IMG/VR virus record: IMGVR_UViG_3300020404_002135
Span: 1 to 57,288 of that record
Direction: 5' to 3' (one strand)
Length of the DNA: 57,288 nucleotides
From: a virus
Lineage: Duplodnaviria > Caudoviricetes
The notes below the pieces were generated by a model. That model had not been told where the DNA came from and ran no database searches. It saw only the letters and a list, made by a program, of their open reading frames with translations. Positions within the stretch are counted from its first letter, which is position 1; every line of letters begins with the position of its first letter. The translations under genes and the position numbers were made by a program. Below, piece by piece: positions 46,889 to 56,539 of this stretch.

Positions 46889-49800
46889 ATGAACATTTAC
46901 CTTGACGGATTTAAAGGTAATCCGTCCGCTTTTGGTTTAGGAGAAACCATACACACATATGAAGATAGACATAAAGGTGGAGACTATGGTAAATCAAAAC
47001 AAGATTTGGCAGCAGTTGGTAGTGCAAGAATAAAGAGAGGATGGTGGACAGATTTTGATGGTAGAGATCATGAAATACATGCATGGTTAAAGATACAACG
47101 TGGTATTACACAAACTGGTAGAGAGACTTATAAAATTGAAGAAGGTCATGGTCTAAGTATTGATGTTGTTAAGGATCTTATTGAAGAGAAATTCTTCTCA
47201 AATAATGTTGAGATAAAAGAATATCGTAACCTTCGCAAACATCAAAAAGAATTTGTATCTGAGATAACTTCAACATGGAATGAGTGGAATGAATACTTGT
47301 TATTTGCTAAGTGTCGTGCAGGTAAATCTACAATGGTTCTTTCATCTATTGTAGAGAATAATGTTAAAGTATCCTTAGTTGTTTCATATAGAAATTCTCC
47401 CAAACAATCATGGAGAGATGATTCGCAACAGTTTCAAAACTTTGATAATATTGTATTCATTGATATTCGCGATGGGGAAGTGGATCAGTTTAAAACTGAG
47501 ATAGAATATTGGATGGAAACTGACAAACAAATAGTTTTATATTCAACTATTCAAGCTCCCAACAGATATAAGAATCTACCATGTAATATTGATTTGATAG
47601 TATTTGATGAAGCACATCTTGGATATCAGGGAGATCAATGGATAACTCTTAAAAATTATTTTGATACAAAAGTATTATATGTCTCAGGAACTGCACATAA
47701 AATCTTAGAAGATTTTCCTAGATTCAGATTTGTATATTCTTACTTTGAAGAACAATTATATAAATTGCAGAACATAGAGGGATATAAAGATTCCCCACAG
47801 ATGAGATTAATTCTTGCAAAGTATGAGTCCAATGAATACCAAGATTTATATGGTGATGATCCTGATGCAATGGGTAATATTTTTAGAGTAAACAAAGATG
47901 AAAATGATTTTGCTGAACCAATATTAGTTGATGAGTTTATGAGTAAAGTTTTTACTCAAGATGGAATAAAGTATAACAAAAGAATACTAAAGAATTGTAG
48001 ACATATAATGATAACTCTACCCTCTATGGCATCATGTCATGCATTTGTAGATTACTTTAAATCAACAAGATTCAAACCATTAGTTGTAACTTCAGATACT
48101 AAAGAAAATTCTGATACAATCAGATCACATATTAGTGCAAATACATCTACAGTTATCTTAACTAAAACTGCAAATGTTCTTGGTTTAACTGCGGAGGGTA
48201 TTGATACTGTTATGAATTGTGCAGAGGGATCATCAAGAGAACAATGGACACAGTTTGCTTTTCGTGGTGGATCAACAAAGAGAAATTCTTGGGATGTAAT
48301 TGATTTTTGTCCAGAACGTTGTTTCACTACAATCAGAAACATGTATTTTACTGCATGTGATTTGAACCATGAACTAACAGAATCTGAATATGAACTTCTT
48401 GATTTAGTCCCTATCTTTGAATACTTCTCTGATTTTGAGGAAGTAACACCAGAACGTTTAAATGAAATTTTATCTAATGATGTGGACAGTGCAATATCTT
48501 TAATATCAGGTATTGTATCTCAGTTAGATTTTCTTAAGTTAGGAGACATTGAATTTGATAATTTCCAGAAGAGTGCGAAGTTATCTTCATGGAGTTCCTT
48601 TACAGTAAATGAGAACAATGCTAACGCAAAGAGTAATAAGAAACTTACCAGTTCATCTAAATTTTCTACACACTATGATAAATCTGAGATAGCACAGAAA
48701 ACAGAGACTATTCAAGCATACATGGAGAGAATAGGATTAGTTATCTTTCACATGATAAAGAATAAATCCACACCCAAAAGTGTAGATAGTATTCTTAATT
48801 CAAAATACTATGAAAATGATACAGGAGATACTACTGGTATTATTAAAGCTTGTTTAGAACAAAAGATTATACCTAAGACATGGATCAATAGAATTAATCA
48901 AGGTATTATAGATATTGAATACTCCATGTCTAAAGATGAATGTGGAACTTTGCAAAAACTTGCAACTACTAGAAAGAATCAAAAGACACTTTCATTAGAT
49001 ATTCTTGATAGAATAATACCTACAAAAACAAAACCCACAGATAAACTAAAAATTGATGGGGATCCATCTGGACTCCATTCTTTATATGCAATAGAGAATA
49101 AATCTTGGGAACCTAATGACATTACTGTCTGGGAGAACGATCCTACACATCGCTATGCAATCACGCAAATTGATGCTAAAATAAATGTAACTGACGACCC
49201 TTTTAATTACAATATGAAATTTAGTGCGACAGTTGGTAATCCACCATATACAGATACATCTACAGTAACAGGTGCAACCACAGGTGGATGTGCAAAAACT
49301 TTAGATACACATTTCTATCTAAGTGCAATGGAGAGATCTGATTATGTATCGGAAGTAATTAGATCAAAACACTTTGCTAAGTCTACATCAAAGTTTAGAA
49401 GAACTTTGTTTTCAACATCAGGTGTTGTTTCTATTGAATCATTATCTCCTGATACATTCCCTTCCATATCAATGACAGAAACATGTATCTGCACATGGAA
49501 ACGTGGATATACTGGATTGACAAAATTAACTTATCTTGATGGTACAGTAAAAGATATCCAACTAACTCCTGATACTTGCATTAGATTCACTAATCCAGAT
49601 TTTGTTTCAGATGTTCCCAATAATATGGGACACCGCTATCAACGTGGAGACTTAAATTTAAATCAGTTGATCAAGGGAGAGTATCCTATGATAACTACAA
49701 TGGGTGGTAAAAATGGAGAAATGCAAATTACTAAAGTTGATAAGTCTCAGTATACTTGTTGTGTTAATCAACATGGAGTTGTAATGAATAGTAAGTATGG

Positions 49801-50008
49801 TGGACAAGGTTTTGGACAAATTCGTATCAAACCATACGATCATGCTATCAGTGGATCTACAGTTATTATAAAAACATCTTCGGAAGAAGAGAGTAATAAA
49901 CTTGCAGATTATTTGAGATCTGATGAAGTGCATCAAATGGTTTTAAAGAATAGAATAGTTAATACTAACTCAAAAGAATTATTCAGAACTATTCCTGATA
50001 TTTTATGA
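46889..50008 (+). CDS. multidomain restriction-modification-like protein: GIY-YIG/T5orf172-like N-terminus, SF2 helicase, Eco57I-like MTase/TRD region
   Basis: IY..GET..R..RDHEIH..L..RETY; AKCRAGKS, FDEAH, VSGTA, QFAFRG; GNPPY near residue 785. Confidence 0.75.
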   Translation: MNIYLDGFKGNPSAFGLGETIHTYEDRHKGGDYGKSKQDLAAVGSARIKRGWWTDFDGRDHEIHAWLKIQRGITQTGRETYKIEEGHGLSIDVVKDLIEEKFFSNNVEIKEYRNLRKHQKEFVSEITSTWNEWNEYLLFAKCRAGKSTMVLSSIVENNVKVSLVVSYRNSPKQSWRDDSQQFQNFDNIVFIDIRDGEVDQFKTEIEYWMETDKQIVLYSTIQAPNRYKNLPCNIDLIVFDEAHLGYQGDQWITLKNYFDTKVLYVSGTAHKILEDFPRFRFVYSYFEEQLYKLQNIEGYKDSPQMRLILAKYESNEYQDLYGDDPDAMGNIFRVNKDENDFAEPILVDEFMSKVFTQDGIKYNKRILKNCRHIMITLPSMASCHAFVDYFKSTRFKPLVVTSDTKENSDTIRSHISANTSTVILTKTANVLGLTAEGIDTVMNCAEGSSREQWTQFAFRGGSTKRNSWDVIDFCPERCFTTIRNMYFTACDLNHELTESEYELLDLVPIFEYFSDFEEVTPERLNEILSNDVDSAISLISGIVSQLDFLKLGDIEFDNFQKSAKLSSWSSFTVNENNANAKSNKKLTSSSKFSTHYDKSEIAQKTETIQAYMERIGLVIFHMIKNKSTPKSVDSILNSKYYENDTGDTTGIIKACLEQKIIPKTWINRINQGIIDIEYSMSKDECGTLQKLATTRKNQKTLSLDILDRIIPTKTKPTDKLKIDGDPSGLHSLYAIENKSWEPNDITVWENDPTHRYAITQIDAKINVTDDPFNYNMKFSATVGNPPYTDTSTVTGATTGGCAKTLDTHFYLSAMERSDYVSEVIRSKHFAKSTSKFRRTLFSTSGVVSIESLSPDTFPSISMTETCICTWKRGYTGLTKLTYLDGTVKDIQLTPDTCIRFTNPDFVSDVPNNMGHRYQRGDLNLNQLIKGEYPMITTMGGKNGEMQITKVDKSQYTCCVNQHGVVMNSKYGGQGFGQIRIKPYDHAISGSTVIIKTSSEEESNKLADYLRSDEVHQMVLKNRIVNTNSKELFRTIPDIL

Positions 50009-50409
50009 AAAGAAACGATCATAATAAAAATGTAGGATCTGTAATTGAAAGATCAGATGATAGGATAAATGCTACGAGCGAAGTGTTTACACCTATGGAA
50101 GTTTGTGATAGAATGATAGATAGTATACCAGAGGAGATGAAGGTAAATCCTAACTCTAAATTTCTAGATAATTCAGCAGGTAGTGGTAATTTTTTAGTAA
50201 CTCTAAAGAATAAATTACTTCAATATCATGATGAAGATCATATATTAAATAATATGCTATATGCAGTGGAACTTATGGAGGATAATCATCTTGAATTGTG
50301 TAAAAGATTAGGTGTTGAACCTGATCATCCGCATTATGTTTGTCATGATGCATTAACTTATGATTATAGTTTTGGAGAACCAGTTGGATTAGAGGCATTT
50401 TATGAGTGA
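50005..50409 (+). CDS. small SAM-binding DNA-methyltransferase-like protein
   Basis: EVFTP, FLDNSAGSGNFL (motif I), LYAVEL, CHDAL; ends before any NPPY motif. Confidence 0.8.
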   Translation: MKRNDHNKNVGSVIERSDDRINATSEVFTPMEVCDRMIDSIPEEMKVNPNSKFLDNSAGSGNFLVTLKNKLLQYHDEDHILNNMLYAVELMEDNHLELCKRLGVEPDHPHYVCHDALTYDYSFGEPVGLEAFYE

Positions 50410-50896
50410 GCAAAGGCAACTTTTTCCACCAACAGTCGTTATCAAAGATAACATCAAAATACCAGACGGATGGATTGATAAACTTGAAGAGTGGTGTTTA
50501 AAATACGGAAAATATGTTGAACATGGTAGACTTACTACCACATATGGAACAGCAAACCAACCACATGCAGTTCCATGGATTATGAATGTTCTGGATCTCA
50601 TAGCTCCAGAGGAGGGATTTGATAATTCTTGGGTTCAAATATATGAACCTGGTGGATTTCATCCAATACATAATCACGCAGGAACAAATATAAGTGGTTC
50701 TGGTTGTCTATTCTTAAATGATGGGCAATCTACTTATTTTCAAGATCCACTACATCAAAGTAATACAGCAACTTCTAAAGTTGAGGTAGGTGATGTATTA
50801 ATATGGGATCCAGACATATATCATTTTAGTCCACCTGTCATGGAAAAAAGGATTATTCTAGCATTTAATTTAAAAAACATTGAAGAACCAAAATGA
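50402..50896 (+). CDS. putative 2OG-Fe(II) oxygenase
   Basis: LFPP, SWVQIY, HPIHNH, distal YH, RIILAFN. Confidence 0.8.
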   Translation: MSEQRQLFPPTVVIKDNIKIPDGWIDKLEEWCLKYGKYVEHGRLTTTYGTANQPHAVPWIMNVLDLIAPEEGFDNSWVQIYEPGGFHPIHNHAGTNISGSGCLFLNDGQSTYFQDPLHQSNTATSKVEVGDVLIWDPDIYHFSPPVMEKRIILAFNLKNIEEPK

Positions 50897-51783
50897 TTAC
50901 TAATTTTTCTGAAATGATAGCAGAGTACGATAACGTAATAACTGCTGATGACTGTAAACAGATTATCGAACAATTTGAATATGATAACCGTAAATCTAAA
51001 GGAATTACAGCTTGCGATACTCATGACAATGTAGCAAATGAGAATTCTATTAAGAAATCAACAGACTTATGGATATCATCTTGGCCAGAGTGGCAAAAAT
51101 GGGATCAATTCTTTTATGAAGCACTTTCTCCCTATGTAAAAAAGTATTTGACATTTGTTAAGCAAAAACTAGGGGATGAGGTTCAATCTCTCAGTGCATT
51201 GGTTGATTCTGGATATCAGATACAAAGGACTGAAGTAGGAGAAGGTTATGGTTGGCATGCTGATGATGATTATGGACCTATTTTAGATACAATCGTATAT
51301 CCACTGAGGGGATATAGAGATTCTGGATCTATCTTACAGGCAAGAAGATTATTTACATACATGTTTTATCTTAATGATGATTTTGAAGGTGGGTGCACAC
51401 AATTTAGAGTTGGTGGAGAAAAGGAAGATATACTCTCAGTTAAACCAAAAACTGGTAAATTGATTTGTTTTCCTGCTTCGTGGTATTTTCATCATAGAGG
51501 AGACATGGTTACTGAAGGTACAAAATATGTTTGTACTGGATGGTTAAGTGATCATGTAACTGCTTACACAAATGAAACCACTAGTTTGTCTGCTGAATTT
51601 AGGAGAGATGCTAGGAAATCGGGTAGGAAAATGGTATTGCAGTTTAATGAAAACACTGGTAGAATAGAGGTAGATAAAGATATGCAAAAGGGAGAAACAA
51701 AAGAAGGAAGTGGATACGAAGGTTTATATCCATCGTTATCCAGTATCGAAACAGTAACCAATTCTGAACAAGAGAAAATTTAG
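50893..51783 (+). CDS. 2OG-Fe(II) oxygenase, prolyl 4-hydroxylase-like
   Basis: WHAD, MFYLNDDFEGGCT, FP...HHRG, KYVCTGW. Confidence 0.88.
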   Translation: MITNFSEMIAEYDNVITADDCKQIIEQFEYDNRKSKGITACDTHDNVANENSIKKSTDLWISSWPEWQKWDQFFYEALSPYVKKYLTFVKQKLGDEVQSLSALVDSGYQIQRTEVGEGYGWHADDDYGPILDTIVYPLRGYRDSGSILQARRLFTYMFYLNDDFEGGCTQFRVGGEKEDILSVKPKTGKLICFPASWYFHHRGDMVTEGTKYVCTGWLSDHVTAYTNETTSLSAEFRRDARKSGRKMVLQFNENTGRIEVDKDMQKGETKEGSGYEGLYPSLSSIETVTNSEQEKI

Positions 51784-51784
51784 T

Positions 51785-52039
51785 ATGACCATACAAGAAA
51801 CCATACATAGATTACAATCAGACTTAAATGCTGATGATATTGATTTTTTACTTGATGTATTAGACAAAGTAAGTATGAATACTTCTGGGAAGGAATACAA
51901 TGTTATCATGAGTTCGGTAGTAATGAAATTGAACCAACAAGCTGATAGACTACACGAAATTCAAAGGAATTCATCTGCCTATGTGCCACTTGTTGAAGTG
52001 GAACGACAGAGGCATGGAAAAGATTTAGATATATTATGA
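51785..52039 (+). CDS. hypothetical protein
   Basis: ORF track only. Confidence 0.6.
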   Translation: MTIQETIHRLQSDLNADDIDFLLDVLDKVSMNTSGKEYNVIMSSVVMKLNQQADRLHEIQRNSSAYVPLVEVERQRHGKDLDIL

Positions 52040-52046
52040 TAGTAAT

Positions 52047-52424
52047 ATGAAAAATTCAATCCTACTTTCAACAACAGCAGCAATATTACTTTCTGCCACA
52101 CCAAGTTATTCTTCATGGAGACATATAGATCAAACAAAATGTTTTCAAACTAGAGAAGAATATGTACCTGGTAGATTTCGTGATGATGGAAGGTGGTTAA
52201 GAGGATATGTGGTTATAGATCAATTTGAGGTTCCTTGCAAAGATGGAGGAACAGTATATCATCATCCGACACCAGATAGAACACCAGAATGCGATCCAAG
52301 TAAAACTGCAATCGGTGCTATGGGTGGAGGTGCTCTTGGTGCAGGACTAAGTAGAGGGGATGGTCGTTGGTGGGCAATACCACTAGGAGCATTTTTTGGT
52401 GCAAAAACTTATGGATGTGATTAA
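52047..52424 (+). CDS. secreted or membrane protein with glycine zipper
   Basis: Signal-like N-terminus; REEYVPG; GAMGGGALGAGLSRGDGRWWAIPLGAFFG. Confidence 0.75.
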   Translation: MKNSILLSTTAAILLSATPSYSSWRHIDQTKCFQTREEYVPGRFRDDGRWLRGYVVIDQFEVPCKDGGTVYHHPTPDRTPECDPSKTAIGAMGGGALGAGLSRGDGRWWAIPLGAFFGAKTYGCD

Positions 52425-52426
52425 CA

Positions 52427-52630
52427 ATGATGAATGATTTTTTAGACAATCTTGGAGCAGATCAGTATCAAAAGATGCATAAGACTCCAAAGAAAAAGAA
52501 AGAAAAGGATCCACTATTGGATGAATTGGAAGAACGGATCTTAGAAGGTCCTGTTATCTTTACTCCAGATGAGGAGTTTTTAAAATTAGTTGAAGAAAGA
52601 ACCAAGAAAAAGAATGAGCAAAAAGATTAA
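52427..52630 (+). CDS. hypothetical protein
   Basis: ORF track only. Confidence 0.6.
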   Translation: MMNDFLDNLGADQYQKMHKTPKKKKEKDPLLDELEERILEGPVIFTPDEEFLKLVEERTKKKNEQKD

Positions 52631-54326
52631 GAGTGTATGTATTGTAGGTGGTGGATCATCAGGTTGGATGTCTGCTGCCACATTTGCAACACAACTTCCA
52701 AACATTGACGTTACTATCATTGAGAGTCCAGACTTTCCTATATTGGGAGTTGGAGAAAGCACTCTTGGTGGTATAAAGCATTGGTCTTCATTAATAGGTC
52801 TTGAGGATAAAGATCTGTTAAAAGCAACAGATGGTAGTTACAAGTTAAGTATTAAGTTTACAGATTGGTTAGGGAAAAATACAGGAGGATTTCATTATCC
52901 TTTTGGAGAAGCACAAAGACCTATTGAACAAGTCGGACAAAATGATTGGTGGTTCTTAAAAGGGAATAGAGGTGGTCTTGATAGTAATTCATTTGCACGT
53001 TGCCATTATCCAATAGCTGCAGTTGCAGAGAGAGGTAAAATATCTGAAGATAGTATGGGTAAGACACCTGGTTTTTCATTTGTTCAAGATGTAGCATTTC
53101 ATTTTGATGCAACAGCACTAGGACAATATCTTAAGAAGAAAATATGCTTACCAAAAGGTGTAAAATTAATTGCTTCAACAGTTAAGAAGATTAATACAAA
53201 TGATAATGGAGTAGAGTCTCTAATTCTAGAAAATAAAGAGAAAGTAACTGCTGATTTATACATTGATTGCACTGGTTTTAAGAGTTTACTATTGGAGGGT
53301 GCATTAGGAGTTAAATTCAATAATATTGATACTCTGATTCCAAATAATAAAGCATGGGCAACACATATACCATACACAGATAAGAATAAACAATTACAAC
53401 CATTTACAAATTGTACTGCTCTCAGTAATGGGTGGACATGGGATATACCTCTATGGTCACGCATTGGTGCAGGGTATGTTTATAGTGACAAGTATATTAG
53501 TGATGATGAAGCTCTTAAAGAGTTTAAGGATTATATCAAGACAAAGTACAGTGGTGCTCCATTTGATGATCTTGAATTTAAATCCATTACAATGAGAAAT
53601 GGATTGCATGAAAAAACATGGGAGAAGAATGTAGTTGCGATTGGTTTATCCAGTGGATTTATTGAACCATTAGAAAGTACAGGATTGATGACCACTTATG
53701 AGTGGTTACTATCATTGATCTACACATTACGCAAAGGTTTTGTTAATCAATGGGATAGAGATGCATTTAATTATGCACTTAAAAATATTTTCTATGGACA
53801 CGCAAACTTTGTTGGTATGCATTATGCACTAAGTCCAAGAAATGATACTCCATATTGGCAGGACATAACAGAGAAAGTTAGAATTGATCCAACAGTTAAT
53901 AATTCATTGAACTATGAAACTGATATGGGAGAAAATCTTGAATTACTCTACTATGCTACCTCTGCATACAAATATCATCAGTTTAGGGAGGGTAGTGCAG
54001 GATTCCAGTGTATTGCTGCAGGAATGAATTATTCTCCAATTGATGCAAAGATGCATAGTTCATTAGGAAAGTTAAAAGGATTTGACCCAGATATGCATTG
54101 CGATAGATTACAGGAATTGTATAGTGAAACTGAAAAGAAATATATAAGTTATGCAAATAGTTGCCCTTCATTATATGAATACCTATCTAAGAATATTCAC
54201 GAAAGTAAAAACGACTTTACTTTCATTGGTACAGATAAGGAGGTTCCGAAGCAAGTCTATAACACCATGCCAGAACGTGTCAAGAGAAAAGTTGCAAAAC
54301 CAAAAGGTTTTGTCACCTATGAATGA
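52614..54326 (+). CDS. flavin-dependent (tryptophan-type) halogenase
   Basis: GGGSSG, LGVGEST, SYKLSIKF, FHFDA, GWTWDIP, GFIEPLESTG; start set at ATG 52614. Confidence 0.92.
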   Translation: MSKKIKSVCIVGGGSSGWMSAATFATQLPNIDVTIIESPDFPILGVGESTLGGIKHWSSLIGLEDKDLLKATDGSYKLSIKFTDWLGKNTGGFHYPFGEAQRPIEQVGQNDWWFLKGNRGGLDSNSFARCHYPIAAVAERGKISEDSMGKTPGFSFVQDVAFHFDATALGQYLKKKICLPKGVKLIASTVKKINTNDNGVESLILENKEKVTADLYIDCTGFKSLLLEGALGVKFNNIDTLIPNNKAWATHIPYTDKNKQLQPFTNCTALSNGWTWDIPLWSRIGAGYVYSDKYISDDEALKEFKDYIKTKYSGAPFDDLEFKSITMRNGLHEKTWEKNVVAIGLSSGFIEPLESTGLMTTYEWLLSLIYTLRKGFVNQWDRDAFNYALKNIFYGHANFVGMHYALSPRNDTPYWQDITEKVRIDPTVNNSLNYETDMGENLELLYYATSAYKYHQFREGSAGFQCIAAGMNYSPIDAKMHSSLGKLKGFDPDMHCDRLQELYSETEKKYISYANSCPSLYEYLSKNIHESKNDFTFIGTDKEVPKQVYNTMPERVKRKVAKPKGFVTYE

Positions 54327-54513
54327 TAAAGAAATCGAAGAATTTATTGAACTATTAAAAGATTACATGATTAAATCAGAAATTGAGATTATTAAGTGGA
54401 AACAAAGACAAGAATACTTTAAAGGTCTTGCTCAACATGGCGACTACTTAGAAAAGGAATCTGCCAAGATGGAGGTTACAGTTGATTATTATATTGATGA
54501 GTTCCTTGTCTAA
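54319..54513 (+). CDS. hypothetical protein
   Basis: MNDKEIEEF...EVTVDYYIDEFLV; start set at ATG 54319. Confidence 0.65.
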   Translation: MNDKEIEEFIELLKDYMIKSEIEIIKWKQRQEYFKGLAQHGDYLEKESAKMEVTVDYYIDEFLV

Positions 54514-54534
54514 ATCATTTTTTTGTGCTATACT
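54506..54534 (+). promoter_or_regulatory. sigma70-like promoter
   Basis: TTGTCT(54506), 17 bp, TATACT(54529), with TGn; GGAGG SD downstream. Confidence 0.65.
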
Positions 54535-54556
54535 AACCATATTCGGAGGTGCATAA

Positions 54557-55381
54557 TTGGAATCTAATAATTTTAGATCATGGAATAGCGATGTGAAAGT
54601 TCCTACTGGTCAACCCGAAGGTGGGTTTACCATTAATACAGGAATCACTGAAATACATAATGAAAGACCTGTACGCTCCGAAGATCCAGACACACTGGCA
54701 ACAGAGAAAAAGGATATCAAAGTTACCGATAGGGATATTGGTGTTCTTTTTCCTTCATTACTTTTTAAATCAAGAGTTGATGATGAAGACTTCATTGACG
54801 ATACTGTTAAAAAAGTATTGGACATGGCAAAGAGAGATGATGCAGGAAGTTGTGCAGGAAATCCAAAAGATCCTTTGGGTTGGTATAGTTATGATAATCT
54901 TCATCAAGCAGAGGGTTTTGAATTAGTTCATGACTTTCTACTGAATGAGGCAGCTGCAGTCTTCGCATATCATGATTTTAAAGTGGATGAAGTCTACCTA
55001 ACTTCAATGTGGGCAAATGTAGGATATAAACCAGAGTATTGCCACATGAATCATACTCATCCAAATTCAATATTCAGTGGAGTATGGCATATAAGTGTAC
55101 CAAATATAGGGACACCCTATGCTCAAACTACAACTTTTAGTGATCCAAGAGCTGGAGCAAGAGTTATTGAACCAAATGTTAACAAAAACTTTGCTGCTCA
55201 TAACTCAGGCACAGTTTCTCCTATTGTAAATAAAGGTAGTTTGTTTTTATTTCCATCGTGGTTGCCACATGGAGTACAACAATCACATGAACCTTATAGT
55301 GTTCCTCGCATTACTATTTCATTTAATGCGATGATGACAGGAGAAATCACAACACGCACCGCACCAATTAAATTTACTTAA
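54557..55381 (+). CDS. putative 2OG-Fe(II) oxygenase (TIGR02466-like)
   Basis: LFPS, MWANV, HMNHTHPNSIFSGVW, DPR, FPSWLPHGV, RITISFN. Confidence 0.88.
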   Translation: MESNNFRSWNSDVKVPTGQPEGGFTINTGITEIHNERPVRSEDPDTLATEKKDIKVTDRDIGVLFPSLLFKSRVDDEDFIDDTVKKVLDMAKRDDAGSCAGNPKDPLGWYSYDNLHQAEGFELVHDFLLNEAAAVFAYHDFKVDEVYLTSMWANVGYKPEYCHMNHTHPNSIFSGVWHISVPNIGTPYAQTTTFSDPRAGARVIEPNVNKNFAAHNSGTVSPIVNKGSLFLFPSWLPHGVQQSHEPYSVPRITISFNAMMTGEITTRTAPIKFT

Positions 55382-55385
55382 AACT

Positions 55386-55553
55386 ATGGCTGGAGTTAAA
55401 AAATGGCGAATCATCCAAAATACAACAATGGGATGGTTTGATGTACAAGAACCAAATTGCTCAGATCTTACAAAAGAAGCATGTAAGGTTAGATTAGAAC
55501 AACTGATGAATGAAGGATTTAATCCAAACGATTTGAAAGCAGTTCCCCACTAA
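55386..55553 (+). CDS. small hypothetical protein (55 aa)
   Basis: Manual ORF MAGVKKWRIIQNTTMGW...LTKEAC...EGFNPNDLKAVPH. Confidence 0.7.
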   Translation: MAGVKKWRIIQNTTMGWFDVQEPNCSDLTKEACKVRLEQLMNEGFNPNDLKAVPH

Positions 55554-55559
55554 CAACCG

Positions 55560-55931
55560 ATGGCAGAAGAGGAATACATTCCAGAAGTCAATGACTATGT
55601 AATCTGGACAAATGATCTTGGGACAATCGATAAAGGATGGGTTTACTGGAAAGGTGAACCTGTCGATAATGAAAAAAGAAAGAAGTTTGGGTGGAGACCA
55701 CTTCAGAACTATATTACCATTGAAACTGGTATACGAGATAAACCTGATTGTGAGTATGACAAAAACAACCCACACAAACACATTCATATTTTAGTCTGTT
55801 GCTATGAACATCAATGGCATCAACTTCAGTTTGTCAAGAAACGCAAGAGTAAGCATGACCAACAAATTGTACAAGAGTCCACTCATATGTACTATAACGA
55901 ACCAAAAGAGAATCATAGCAGAGAGTCATGA
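55560..55931 (+). CDS. hypothetical protein
   Basis: YIPEVNDYVIW, GWVYWK, YITIETG, HILVCCY. Confidence 0.75.
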   Translation: MAEEEYIPEVNDYVIWTNDLGTIDKGWVYWKGEPVDNEKRKKFGWRPLQNYITIETGIRDKPDCEYDKNNPHKHIHILVCCYEHQWHQLQFVKKRKSKHDQQIVQESTHMYYNEPKENHSRES

Positions 55932-56539
55932 GACATACGATATTTCCTGTATCATATTATCAAGGACAACTTGAGAATAATGAAAGGTTGAAGCAGGACT
56001 TGCTACCTTTTATTAATTCGACCAAGAGAACGTTGACTCCACCAGAAGGATGGTTGACCACAAAAATTACGACGAGTCATGAAAGAGACGACATTAATCG
56101 GTTTTTCATGTCTCAAACAGAACTACAGAGACAGTATCATAATTTAATTAAAACTTTCTTCGATAACAAGTTTGAAGTGGAGGTGGACGAATGTTGGTAT
56201 AATTGTTATGAGGATGAAGAATATCAGGAGTCGCACAATCATATTGGCGATCCTTTAGATCCAAATCATTTTGCATGTGTTCATTTTCTATGTTATGATA
56301 AGAAGGTGCATAGTCCATTAACCTTTACGGATCCGATGGGCATCATTCGATCTCATTCATTAGAGTTCGATTCGCACAACTATGAGGAAATCTTCTCTCC
56401 TGACATTAATGAGGGAGATTTGATTATGTTTCCTTCATATCTGATGCATGAGGTTAAGGCAAATAAACCTACGCCTGGCAATCCACGTATCTCAATCGCA
56501 TTTAACTTTGCAGTTACTTCTTACAATTCAGTTCGATAA
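55928..56539 (+). CDS. putative 2OG-Fe(II) oxygenase
   Basis: WYNCY, QESHNH, EGDLIMFPSYLMHEV, RISIAFN. Confidence 0.88.
   Translation: MRHTIFPVSYYQGQLENNERLKQDLLPFINSTKRTLTPPEGWLTTKITTSHERDDINRFFMSQTELQRQYHNLIKTFFDNKFEVEVDECWYNCYEDEEYQESHNHIGDPLDPNHFACVHFLCYDKKVHSPLTFTDPMGIIRSHSLEFDSHNYEEIFSPDINEGDLIMFPSYLMHEVKANKPTPGNPRISIAFNFAVTSYNSVR

Noticed and set aside
51750-51770. AACAGTAACCAATTCTGAAC as a fifth palindromic box
   Set aside because: Poor match and no -10 element at the expected distance.
50893-51783. Prolyl hydroxylase acting on the collagen-like fibre
   Set aside because: The Gly-X-Y tract has almost no Pro, and none in the Y position.
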